Shown: one piece after another, positions 18,727-29,100 of the stretch
Position numbering within the stretch: the first letter of the stretch is position 1
Layout of the letters: every line of letters begins with the position of its first letter
Source of the DNA: an uncultured virus (IMG/VR IMGVR_UViG_3300025809_000015)
Lineage: Duplodnaviria; Heunggongvirae; Uroviricota; Caudoviricetes
Strand: one strand, 5' to 3'
Virus record (IMG/VR): IMGVR_UViG_3300025809_000015
Length of the DNA: 64,000 bases
Program-made: the position numbers and the translations under genes
Notes under the pieces: generated by a model
What the model saw: the letters and a program-made list of their open reading frames with translations, nothing else
The model's database searches: none
Told to the model about the DNA's origin: nothing

Positions 18727-19083
18727 TTATATTCTCTTGCCGATAACTGCACCTAGCGCAGCACCTACAAGACGTGAGGTTAATAAATCATAAAGAGCAC
18801 CTTTAGTAACACCTAATACTTTAGCTACTGCTTTACCTATAGTTTTTCCTAATGCAAACCCAGTAAGTCCACCAAATATACTACCAAGCAATCCTTCATT
18901 GATTATCTCCTCAACACAATCTTCTAAATTCTTACCTTCTTTTTGAGCTTCAAGAATTCTATCTACTGCTAAATCAATAGCAGCATCCTGCTCTTCTGTT
19001 AGATCATGAGATTCATTTAATAAATCTTCTATGTTTAAAGAATCTTCTTTATTCTCAATTAGGTAATCTTTAAATGTTTTCAT
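18727..19083 (-). CDS. Small protein: acidic N-terminal region plus cationic glycine-zipper hydrophobic C-terminus
   Basis: MKTFKDYLIE start; C-terminal GLLGSIFGGLTGFALGKTIGKAVAKVLG...LVGAALGAVIGKRI. Confidence 0.7.
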   Translation of the reverse strand: MKTFKDYLIENKEDSLNIEDLLNESHDLTEEQDAAIDLAVDRILEAQKEGKNLEDCVEEIINEGLLGSIFGGLTGFALGKTIGKAVAKVLGVTKGALYDLLTSRLVGAALGAVIGKRI

Positions 19084-19107
19084 TAGTGTTCTTTATTTGT
19101 TTATATA

Positions 19108-19662
19108 TTAGTCTATGTTAACAACAACATCTAGAATGTTATATCCAAAAGTAATATCAAAGGTTTGAAATTCTATCGTATTACTTGAAAAATTTAAATC
19201 CAATGCACCTACTTCAGAGATAAACATATCTTTAAGTTGAACTGTCACAAAGACAGTCCCATCAGCATCTAACATCTGTACACCAACGCCTTCGGGTAAA
19301 TACGGATGTTTGCCACTAAGTTTATAATAATAGTCAAACATTTCTACGGCCATCCAATAATTTACATACCCATCAAATGCTTGCATTGTAACAGTCATAG
19401 TTTTATCAAATAATTGTTGCTTTGGTAAGCTTGATCTGAATGCACGCTGATTACCAGGATAGTCTACCTGAGTAACTGCATCAAAAGAAGGTCCTGGTAA
19501 ATTAAGAGATTGAATTCCATAATTCCAATAATCTATAGGTTCTTTAATTATTCCGCCAGGTATTCTTGTAAGAAAAGGTTTATACTTTTTAGCAATTGGC
19601 TCAGGTATAAAATTTCTAGGGAAATCAAATTTAAATTGATTATTTCTTGCGCTTAATATCAT
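19108..19662 (-). CDS. Tail tube-fold protein, likely tail completion/sheath stabiliser (T4 gp3-like)
   Basis: NNQFKF, IQSLNLPG, MTVTM, terminal QTFDITFGY; 184 aa. Confidence 0.6.
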   Translation of the reverse strand: MILSARNNQFKFDFPRNFIPEPIAKKYKPFLTRIPGGIIKEPIDYWNYGIQSLNLPGPSFDAVTQVDYPGNQRAFRSSLPKQQLFDKTMTVTMQAFDGYVNYWMAVEMFDYYYKLSGKHPYLPEGVGVQMLDADGTVFVTVQLKDMFISEVGALDLNFSSNTIEFQTFDITFGYNILDVVVNID

Positions 19663-19671
19663 GATTAATTG

Positions 19672-20670
19672 TTAATATGTATTTCTATCTGGATCAAATC
19701 CATTTCCTGGTCTACCATCAAATAAGTCAGGCTTAATCATAGATCCAACTGAAGTTCTTCCAATAGTAAAATTCTGTAAATTCTTAGCTGCATTTCTAAA
19801 AAAGAATTTCTGTTTAGATTTAGTTTGTGCAACTATTGCTTTCTTCTTTGAAGCCATTATTTGTTGCTTTCTTAGTTTTTGTCTATTAGCAGCTGCTTGT
19901 GCCTCTTTGGCTCTACGGTTGATTAATTCTATAGTAGTGGACTTTAAGTCTTTAGATAATTCTGCTATTTCATTTGTTAATTCTTCATTACTATTTTGTA
20001 ATCTTATTATAGTAGCATCATCTTCTTCACCTGAATTAATTAATTCAGCATTTTCTGCTTTTAATCTAGTGTTTTCATCTTGTAACTTTGCTAATAATAT
20101 ACTATATTCTACTCTCGCTTCCTCAATCTGTCTAGTAAGAGATATTCTATTTGCATCATCTACAGCTAGCCATATACCTTGATATAAAACTGATTCATCA
20201 GATGTAGATCCATCTTCACGATCAACCATTCTTGTAGATATGTAAAAATTATTGTTAGATAATGCTAGTATTTTTTTACTATCTGACCTAGTAATTCTAA
20301 AAAGTACCTCACCTTTTGATAAATCTATTTCATCAACTTGAGTATGGTTAAGTATATCAATTTCATCCTCTTCACCAATAAAGTTTAAATATAAATCACC
20401 TACATTACTTAAATCAATAGGAGTGTCCTCGCCATCAACTTCATCAAACATTGTAAAAAGATAATAATCATCGAATAAAGATATTCTAATTGTACCATCA
20501 CCTGAAGGTAAAGGCATTTCATTAACTGAAAGATTAACAAATTTTTGATAAAATTCCTTTTCAGTTTTAGTTAATGATATATTAGTTCTTACACCACCAA
20601 CTACCTGTTTGGTTTTAGCTTTCTTTTGTATTTGTTCTGCTTGTGATAATTTACTCTGTCTCGCTGCCAT
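19672..20670 (-). CDS. Hypothetical virion-module protein with C-terminal coiled coil
   Basis: Heptad region LAKLQDENTRLKAENAEL...LTNEIAELSKDLK; overlaps upstream gene. Confidence 0.6.
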   Translation of the reverse strand: MAARQSKLSQAEQIQKKAKTKQVVGGVRTNISLTKTEKEFYQKFVNLSVNEMPLPSGDGTIRISLFDDYYLFTMFDEVDGEDTPIDLSNVGDLYLNFIGEEDEIDILNHTQVDEIDLSKGEVLFRITRSDSKKILALSNNNFYISTRMVDREDGSTSDESVLYQGIWLAVDDANRISLTRQIEEARVEYSILLAKLQDENTRLKAENAELINSGEEDDATIIRLQNSNEELTNEIAELSKDLKSTTIELINRRAKEAQAAANRQKLRKQQIMASKKKAIVAQTKSKQKFFFRNAAKNLQNFTIGRTSVGSMIKPDLFDGRPGNGFDPDRNTY

Positions 20671-22033
20671 TGGTTTGTGTTATTGTTTGAATTTTAACTG
20701 GAGAAATTGCAGCTTTAACTTTTATTCTATCCCTAAAGGTAGTTACATAACTAGTTTTTACTACTAATTTCTCTACAATTTGCTCAGTGGTATCTACATT
20801 AAGTGTTTCTGCACCACTACCACCACCGACTACAATTTGTTTTCCCGTATCATTATTAATTCTATTATATACATTAGCAACCGTTGGTACTACTCCTAAG
20901 TTAACTTGTATCATATTAGGTCCATAAATCTGTGGTTCAAATGATGTTAGCTTAGCATTTTTAATTATCTGTGTAGCATCAGCTTTATTGTATAATCTTA
21001 ATACATAATTTATAGAAAATGAAACGGCTTTATTTGCATTCTTAATAATAGGCCTAAATAATACAGGTTCATCAAATTCAGTATCTTGAGTTATAACTTG
21101 AAAACTAGTCTGTGTAAATACTTGCCCAACCTGTTCTGTAACACTTATTTCATGAAATACTACATACTGTCCACCTGAAGAATTTAACTGTGCAATAAAA
21201 TTACTAAAGGTAGATCCTGTTACTTGCCCTGATAATTCAAAGTAATCACCATTATCTGATTGAATTACTTGTGCATATAAATTATCATAGATATCTCTAC
21301 TTAATATGGAAACCGAATTGATTTCTTGCATTTCATAAAAGCTATACGCGTTTTCAACAATAGTTTGATAAATACCGGTTGCTCTTAGTGTAATTGGTGG
21401 AGTACTTAAAAATCCTTGTCCTTCAGTTATTTTATAAGCTACTCCATTAGGTTGAGATGCACTAAATAAATTATTCATAAAATATAGTGAAGGTACTCGC
21501 CATTCAATATAAGTAGCATAAAGCTTATCAGCTAATAAGAGTGGTTCTGGGCTAAACGTTGGTGTATCGGTTTTAAGAAAATTAATCGATGCTAGGTTTA
21601 ACATAACATTATCTCTCCTAGGAGCTAATGCTTCAAATACAATACCATCAAATCCTTCAAAATTAAATCCAGCTACAAAATGTATTTTTATTTTATCATA
21701 AGCTACATCTAATGCTGGACTAAATGTTTGTAAAAGATCTGCACTATCAGTTAATGCTGAACTAAAATCATTATAAGGAACACCAATGTCTGTGTCCAAT
21801 GAAACATACTGAGTTTTAGTAGCATTGTTAGATACAGCTGATATATCTCTATAATTACCCATCACAGCAGAAACACTATCTGTATTAAAGAAATAAGTTC
21901 CTTTAGTATTAGTATCTCTCATAAGCTCAATAGGGTACGATGCTGTATTAAACGTAGTAGGCGTTGCCTGACTAGTATACACATACTCTATAAGTATTTG
22001 CTCAGATATTTGTATAAACCTTGATGATTCCAT
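20651..22033 (-). CDS. Hypothetical structural protein (460 aa)
   Basis: Long ORF, beta-rich composition, inside structural module. Confidence 0.55.
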   Translation of the reverse strand: MESSRFIQISEQILIEYVYTSQATPTTFNTASYPIELMRDTNTKGTYFFNTDSVSAVMGNYRDISAVSNNATKTQYVSLDTDIGVPYNDFSSALTDSADLLQTFSPALDVAYDKIKIHFVAGFNFEGFDGIVFEALAPRRDNVMLNLASINFLKTDTPTFSPEPLLLADKLYATYIEWRVPSLYFMNNLFSASQPNGVAYKITEGQGFLSTPPITLRATGIYQTIVENAYSFYEMQEINSVSILSRDIYDNLYAQVIQSDNGDYFELSGQVTGSTFSNFIAQLNSSGGQYVVFHEISVTEQVGQVFTQTSFQVITQDTEFDEPVLFRPIIKNANKAVSFSINYVLRLYNKADATQIIKNAKLTSFEPQIYGPNMIQVNLGVVPTVANVYNRINNDTGKQIVVGGGSGAETLNVDTTEQIVEKLVVKTSYVTTFRDRIKVKAAISPVKIQTITQTNGSETE

Positions 22034-22047
22034 TCTATTCTATTTAT

Positions 22048-22833
22048 TTACCATTGCAAAAGCTTTGGGTTCCAAGAAATTCCTATTCCGATGTATGGTC
22101 CAAAATTACCATCACCAGTAATTCCCATTCCCATATTAACACCTAATCCAAAAGGTTTTCTATTTTTCATTTGTATACTTTTAAACTCAGGACTATTTTG
22201 ATCAATCATAATTCCCTGAGTATTATTAAATGTTGTACCAGGATAATCAGAAGTTAATTTAATAAAAACTTCCTTTGTATTTAAGTCCTGTGACAGCGTA
22301 GCATCTAACCATATATTTTGTTTCAATCCTATGGTAGCAGAACCGAACATTAAACTATCAGTAAATGTATAAGGTAAAGATACATCAATTAATCTTGAGC
22401 TTTTTTCCCAATCACTTTTAGAATTAAAACTTAATACCGATTTAAACTCCACACCATCTTGTTTAACAACAGTGTCTTTTGATTTGACTGGAACTTCTAC
22501 TATTCTTTCTTCTACGATTGTTTTGTATTTTACAATTGTTATAGGAGGTCTATTCTTTTCAAATTCTAAACTATCTCTTAATTCTTCTAAGGATAAATTA
22601 AGACCTTTTATTTCACCAACTGATTCTCCATTTTCATTTACATAATTACGAATGGTATCATTAGCTGCCTCAAGATTATTTTGAAACCTAGTAACTTCAC
22701 CCTTTGCCTGTTCAGTTTCATTGCATTGCCTAACTAGTAAAAATAATAACACTATGATTCCTCCCAATAAAAACATCCTAGTGTTCTTTGGGTCTGTTAG
22801 AATACCAAGAATATTTTTAATAATTAAAATCAT
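22048..22833 (-). CDS. Membrane-anchored spanin-like lysis protein candidate
   Basis: N-terminal TM MFLLGGIIVLLFLLV, coiled coil, C-terminal amphipathic beta-hairpin KPFGLGVNMGMG...PYIGIGISWN and terminal W. Confidence 0.5.
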   Translation of the reverse strand: MILIIKNILGILTDPKNTRMFLLGGIIVLLFLLVRQCNETEQAKGEVTRFQNNLEAANDTIRNYVNENGESVGEIKGLNLSLEELRDSLEFEKNRPPITIVKYKTIVEERIVEVPVKSKDTVVKQDGVEFKSVLSFNSKSDWEKSSRLIDVSLPYTFTDSLMFGSATIGLKQNIWLDATLSQDLNTKEVFIKLTSDYPGTTFNNTQGIMIDQNSPEFKSIQMKNRKPFGLGVNMGMGITGDGNFGPYIGIGISWNPKLLQW

Positions 22834-23063
22834 TTTATATACTTCATTAACTTATTAGGTGTTACTTCAGTAGCTCCATATTTTTTTGCAATTTTATCAA
22901 TAAACTTTTTTTCTTTAAGTTTCATTCCGTCTACTTCTTCAAATAGACCATCTCTTTTCTTTGCTAAACTCTCAATACTTTTTTGCATTAAGTCTAAGGA
23001 AAGTTGAATTTCCCTGTACCTACTTACATATCCATTAAGTTCTTTTATTTCTTTCTTTGTCAT
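22830..23063 (-). CDS. Hypothetical coiled-coil protein (77 aa)
   Basis: Clean ORF, 4-nt overlap with downstream gene. Confidence 0.6.
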   Translation of the reverse strand: MTKKEIKELNGYVSRYREIQLSLDLMQKSIESLAKKRDGLFEEVDGMKLKEKKFIDKIAKKYGATEVTPNKLMKYIK

Positions 23064-23082
23064 TCTAATTTAAAATTAATTA

Positions 23083-26000
23083 TTAATTTCCTCCTTTGTT
23101 ATGTACCAATATTTCATTTGTATAATAGTTATGATTACCACTAACATTGGTTATATTGTAAACAGTATATAAACCTTGCTCCTCTTTTGTAGATACTACT
23201 TTAGCCTTTTCTCCATTTAATTGATATACTTCAAAACCTTCTCTTAATTCAGCTGCATCTATTAGACCTACATTTTCACCATCTATATGATAGAACGGGT
23301 GATGTTCAGTTACCTTAAGAGTAGATCCATTGTCAAAGTCTAATACAATTACCATACCTACATTTTCTATTACATCTAATCCACCTACGGTACCTACCTC
23401 AGTTGTTTGTTTTGATTCATTCCATGTTATTAACTCTTCACCTGAAATAATATCTTCAATATTTTTTGTATCTCCATTCGCTAAAGCTATTTCAGTCCCG
23501 GCTACAAAACACCCTGGTGAATTATCATAACCACTAATTGCTATTCTATTACTGTTCATAGATCCAATAGAAGATGACATTACAGCCCAGCCATGTTGTA
23601 CTTGTGTTGAGAATGCATTAGCATCAGCAAAATTTACCTCAGCACCCTGTTGGGTTACATATTTACCATCCCAAAACATATCAATCATTTTATATCTACC
23701 GATCCCATCACCAGCATCAGCTGAACTTGTTGATACTGTAATTACTTGATAACCATCAATAACCTGTGCAGAGCTACCACTACTACTTGCTGATCCCCAC
23801 CAAGAGGTCCAGTTTCCTGTTGATGTAGGCGACTTAATTCTAAACATTGGTATCCTTAGATCAACCGACCCATAATTGCTAATAGTAACAACAGGGCTCC
23901 CAGGAGCTTTAGTATTTTGAAGATAAGATAACGACTGTACATATACTTTAAGTAATAACCTTTGCCCAGGGTATCCACCAATAGGAAAACTAACTTTATA
24001 ATCATAGTCCAGGTTAACATTGTTAAATGCCGGCGACGGCTGAATAGATGGGTCAGCAGTAAAACCAAGACCCGGTCCAAAGTTAAGAGAAATATACGGA
24101 ACTGTTAATTCTTCAGTTGTTGGCATTCCTAAAGAAGGATATTGACCACTAGGTGTTAGACCTTGTGGTGTTGCAATCTGTCGTGAATTCCACCCATAAT
24201 TCATAGGAGCGGACTGAGTTGAGCCCGGTGAATAAGATAGATCAGGATTGTTATTAATAGATGAATTTCTACCAGTTGCTCTTTTTAATACCCACGGTGA
24301 TGAAAATGCAATTTTATTTTTACTTGCAGTAAAGTATTCATTATTATTACCACTGTCTCTTACAGAAAATCCTAATGTATTATCCCACATAAAATTAGCT
24401 GCAGGTACAGGGCTCGATGGCCCTTCGCTTCCCATTGCTATAGCCAATAAACCTGCATCTAAACCAGTAGATACTTGTGTTCCACCAGTCCATGCTTGTA
24501 ACATTGCACCTTGGGCATAATCAGTAACACCATTATTTCCAGTTAATTCAAATATATTAGTTGTATTGCTAGCATAACCAGTAGGATCTTTATATATAAG
24601 ATTACCGAATGATTCTGGAGGGTATGATGCAATAAACCCTGCTATTGTTTGTGGTCCTACAAACCTTGTATGAGGTTGAGGTGTACCTGATGTAGGATTA
24701 AATCTTCCATAATCAATAACTATACTACAATTATTTAATGCAGTCTGAGTAGTTTTCTTTAAAATAATTTGACTATTTCCTTGTATATAAATATCACCTC
24801 CTACTACACTGTTAGGGGCCTGTGAAAGGTTTTCAATAACAATATTCCCAGTGTTTGAATTACTAGAATTAGATTGTTGAATATTAATATTTCCTGTACT
24901 GTTTGTATCTAATGAAATTCCACCACTTCCCGAGTTTAATGATATTGTACCTGCTGGATTTGAACCAGTTCTTGTATTTAATTTTAATTGACCACCTGAG
25001 TATAATTGTATATTTTGATTAGTTGAAGAAGTTAATTGAATTAAACCTGCTCTTATTTGCGCTACACCTACTTGTGCTGTTTGTTGTAATACAACTGGAA
25101 AGCCTGCACCTAATTCCATAAGAGTTGAACCTGCAGTACCTGCCGTAGTTAAACTAAACTTATTTCCACCTGGAGCGGAACCAACACCTACATTAATTGT
25201 AAAATCAGAATTCTCTCCGGAAAAATCCTGTGTAGTTCTTTGTCCTGTTTGAAATCCTATTGCTTTACCTGCAGTAAAACTTTGAGACTTTGCAGGAGTA
25301 TTAAGTTGAATTCCTATTAAATCATCTGGGGTAGTTGGTGTCGTAGCTACTTTAGGCACATCTAAAATTAGACGGTCATCTTGTCCAATTTTAATATTGG
25401 ATAAATTAGTCATTTCACTATTTATACCAGGCTGCCCTTGCCAATATTTTTCACCAGGAATTGCTCCTCCTCCTTGAAAAACAATAGCCTTACCACCAGA
25501 ATCTTTTTGATGAATGAGTAAAGAAACATTATTACTCTGTGCACCAATTGCTATTTCATTAGGAATTATATAAGCATTTGTTAAAGGAATACCAGTCAGA
25601 GCAGTAGTCGTCGTAACAGCACCACCAATCATAACAGTAGGAATTCCTTCATTAGTAGTGGTAGCACCTTGCCCACTACCAATAGGACCATTATAAATTG
25701 CAGTTTCTTGGTTTATTGATATAGGTCCACCAAATAAATCTCCCATACCACCACCCGGTCCTTGTGGGCCCATTGGCCCTTCTAAATCAATAGTAGTCTG
25801 AGACCATGTTAATCCAGTATATTCCCAAACAACTCCATTAAATTGTAAATAATAATCACCTCCTAATGGCGTACTAGTAGGTGGCACTGCAATTGGTGTG
25901 ACCCCAGGAGCGGATGTAGAAGTATCTTCATACCAGGTAGTTCCTTTAGGTCCTCTTCCACCAGCAGGCCCTACTGGTCCTATTGGCCCGGCTGGTCCTG

Positions 26001-26106
26001 CAGGCCCTCCACCATTAAGTAACAATTGGTCAAAATTAAAATTTGTTTTATCGACCAGTTGTGAAATAGTATCTGATGCTATTATTTCTTGTATAGTGAT
26101 TGGCAT
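23083..26106 (-). CDS. Fibre/baseplate-associated virion protein with short collagen segments and C-terminal Hint domain (1007 aa)
   Basis: N-terminal DTISQLVDKTNFNF; GPAGPAGPIGPVGPAG; C-terminal G-CFVAGT...TEHHPFY...VYNI...LVHN. Confidence 0.75.
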   Translation of the reverse strand: MPITIQEIIASDTISQLVDKTNFNFDQLLLNGGGPAGPAGPIGPVGPAGGRGPKGTTWYEDTSTSAPGVTPIAVPPTSTPLGGDYYLQFNGVVWEYTGLTWSQTTIDLEGPMGPQGPGGGMGDLFGGPISINQETAIYNGPIGSGQGATTTNEGIPTVMIGGAVTTTTALTGIPLTNAYIIPNEIAIGAQSNNVSLLIHQKDSGGKAIVFQGGGAIPGEKYWQGQPGINSEMTNLSNIKIGQDDRLILDVPKVATTPTTPDDLIGIQLNTPAKSQSFTAGKAIGFQTGQRTTQDFSGENSDFTINVGVGSAPGGNKFSLTTAGTAGSTLMELGAGFPVVLQQTAQVGVAQIRAGLIQLTSSTNQNIQLYSGGQLKLNTRTGSNPAGTISLNSGSGGISLDTNSTGNINIQQSNSSNSNTGNIVIENLSQAPNSVVGGDIYIQGNSQIILKKTTQTALNNCSIVIDYGRFNPTSGTPQPHTRFVGPQTIAGFIASYPPESFGNLIYKDPTGYASNTTNIFELTGNNGVTDYAQGAMLQAWTGGTQVSTGLDAGLLAIAMGSEGPSSPVPAANFMWDNTLGFSVRDSGNNNEYFTASKNKIAFSSPWVLKRATGRNSSINNNPDLSYSPGSTQSAPMNYGWNSRQIATPQGLTPSGQYPSLGMPTTEELTVPYISLNFGPGLGFTADPSIQPSPAFNNVNLDYDYKVSFPIGGYPGQRLLLKVYVQSLSYLQNTKAPGSPVVTISNYGSVDLRIPMFRIKSPTSTGNWTSWWGSASSSGSSAQVIDGYQVITVSTSSADAGDGIGRYKMIDMFWDGKYVTQQGAEVNFADANAFSTQVQHGWAVMSSSIGSMNSNRIAISGYDNSPGCFVAGTEIALANGDTKNIEDIISGEELITWNESKQTTEVGTVGGLDVIENVGMVIVLDFDNGSTLKVTEHHPFYHIDGENVGLIDAAELREGFEVYQLNGEKAKVVSTKEEQGLYTVYNITNVSGNHNYYTNEILVHNKGGN
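23098..23511 (-). other. Hint (intein-like/BIL-type) autoprocessing domain, 138 aa, no homing endonuclease
   Basis: Block A CFVAGTEI, block B TEHHPF, block F VYNI, block G LVHN. Confidence 0.85.
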
Positions 26107-26116
26107 TTCTTTTTTA

Positions 26117-29100
26117 TTATTTTTTAACTATTGTGACACTGAACCCATATGATTCAGAGAAACCTGTTCTTTTATTATATATTAGCCTTAAATCAAATGG
26201 ATTTGTATTTAAGGTTTTAGATGCTACATTATTATTAATAGTTAACCCTTTACTAATCTTTTCCTCATTAGTTAATTCGGCTGTAGTAAATGTAGATCCA
26301 CCTTTAGTTCTACTTGCTAATGTATAAAAATCAACCTTTTCTATTTTATATAACTTTAAAATATTTTCTTTTATGTATTGATTTACATCATCATCTAATG
26401 TTTCTAAATCACCATAACCAAATTCATCTTTTATATAAAGTAAAAACTGCTCTTTTATTGGAGTAAACAAATATTCCATTAATCTTTTTTGATTAAACAA
26501 ATAAAATGTTTCTACTGGTGCAGATTGTTTTTTCTTAATAGCTCTAGTATTTAAAACGCCTTCTGACTTAATAGACCTTTTACTGATTGACACTGCAGGT
26601 TGATCCTGGTACATAAATGTTCCACTTATTAAACTCGGTTGTCTAATAGCGGCTTTTATAAAAGGGTCAGGTTTAAATGTTTCTAATACAATCGTTTCTG
26701 GAACTTTAAGATATTTGGATCCAAAAAATGATTTTCTTTCAAACATTGATCTTGTACCTATAACTTTTTCTATTGCTGATTTATCAATACTCTTTATAAA
26801 ATAAGAAGGTTCCCAGTTAGAAGAAAACATATAAAAATCTCTATAATCAATTCCTATTTCATTAATAAGAGGATATAAACTATTAAACGCGCTTTCTCTA
26901 GATAATTCTAAAACAGCAGATGGATCTTGTTCATTTACTTTATGATAAAAGAAATTTTGAATTTGTCCAAATTCTGGATCGGAACTATTAAACTGTGCAT
27001 TCTTATATTTACATAACTCCATTACTTTTATTTTATATGCTGCATCTGGAATAAGTACACTACCTGTCCCACCTGTAACTTCTTCAAAATCTAAATTTTG
27101 ATAAGGGTCTCTAAATGATAATAAAGGTAATGCGTATGGTTCATAATAACCAGCATGCCTAGCTATAGGAGTTATTCTTGGTGTCTTTTGCAAAGATAAA
27201 TCATATCCTATTACATCAGCCAAGTTAAAGGCTGTTGGTTTTGCAGGATCTGGTAATACACCAACATAAATAGATTTTAAAATATCAGACTGTGCACGTA
27301 ATTCAATACCAAAGGTTTGCGCTAAACTTCCGTCTTTATTTTTAATTTGGCTACCATCGGCTGCAATTGTTTCATATATAATGCTAGGATTACCTTGATT
27401 AATAGAATCAAAAATATTACCGAAAGCAGCAGCAGTTAACCTATTATCAAATTGTTGATAACCACCTTGGCTAATGTCATATTCAGCCGATCTTAACGCG
27501 TTGTTTGGTGGAGATCCAATAGGAAGGCTAACGTTAGTTGTAACACCACCTTCAGTTTTAGTAACGGTAGTAGCTGTAAGTGTGCTATTATCAATTACAC
27601 CTTGGATTCCTGTAATTTGAAAAGTTTGCTGCGCCGGTGTACCGATTCCAATCCTCCATTTAATAATTCCGTATGAACCATCTTCTAATATTCTAACATC
27701 ATTAACTAATTCAGGTAATGTACCGTCAAGGGATGGCTGAAACCTAATTGTAAAGATACCATTTGAATCTTGTGTAGAAGTAGCAAATGAAACTGCCCCT
27801 CTTAGATTTGTTTTCTCATAATCATATTTACCATTACTTAATATTCTAGGGGAACAATCACTAAGAGTTACATATGAACTATTTAAAGAATATAAAGTTG
27901 TTCTATCTATAATAGAAGTACTATTAATATCTGGTTGCAAACATTCATCTATGTAAGCCATAGAAATTAACATAACAACAGTTTTCCATTTTTCATTTTT
28001 TATAAATTTAACTTGAAATTCTGGTATGTTAGGATCTGGTGTTCTACCGTCTGAGTTTAAATTAGGAACTAACATTACTGAAAATCTATAATCATTAAAT
28101 TCACCATCTCTGACATAAGATAATGATCTTGCATTAAAATCAGCTTTCTCTGTACCTATTGCTTTATTTTTTGCTATAATTCTAACCCCTCTTAAAAATG
28201 TTTCTGAAAAATTCTTTTCATCACCACCATTTAATCTACCATACCTTAACTGCCTATCTATTTCAGTAATGCCTCTGGTTGTAAACTTTTGAACTACAAA
28301 GTAATCATTAAAATAATCTTTAATAACATTTTGAAATGTTCCTGGGACAAATGCTTGCCCTGTTGCGAAATTAGCTTGTGTGTTATCTCTAGGTGCCTTA
28401 TCTATATAACTCCAGGATTTTTCAATAGCATCTTTTGTAAAATAATTTGGAAATTCTGATAAGTAATACCATTCATGAGTATAACCACTAGCTTCTTGGA
28501 TCTTATCCCATTTAGATGGTGCAAAATTATTTAAGCCAAATGCTTCGTTTGCATTTAGTCTATATGGATGGTTTCTAACATCTTTACCATTATTAACCCA
28601 TGCCCATTTATTAATATATGGAGCAATTCTTGAAATAGCAGCTTGAGAAGTTAAAAAGTTTTCCTCTAATCTAACATATTCACTTTTAATATATTGTTCA
28701 TCAGGGTTTTGTTTTTCGGCATCACCTACTAAACCGATAAGGTTATAAAAACCACCATTATCATAAAAGCTTCTAATTTCAGGATTACTACTTACACCTT
28801 CATATTCAAGTGGCACTGCTCCTGCGACTGTTTGATTGTATTCATTATATTCAAAATCTAATTCGCCTTCTTGGCTATATAAAGTACTATAAAAATCAAA
28901 ATCAAAATCTTTAACTTCAAAAAATGAAAATCTACCAAACGAAGGTTTGTAATCTGAGTATAAGGCCACTTGCCCAGATCGCGTTACCATTATTTGATTA
29001 TCATTACATGTAATAATTGCGTACTTATCAATATCAGTATATCCAATAATTTCTCGTAAGCCATTATAAATAGGTTCATCAGTATAAGGAACCCAGTCAC

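Noticed and set aside
23098..23511. Canonical mobile intein
   Set aside because: No homing endonuclease, +1 residue is Lys and the C-extein is only 4 aa; treated as a BIL/Hint domain instead
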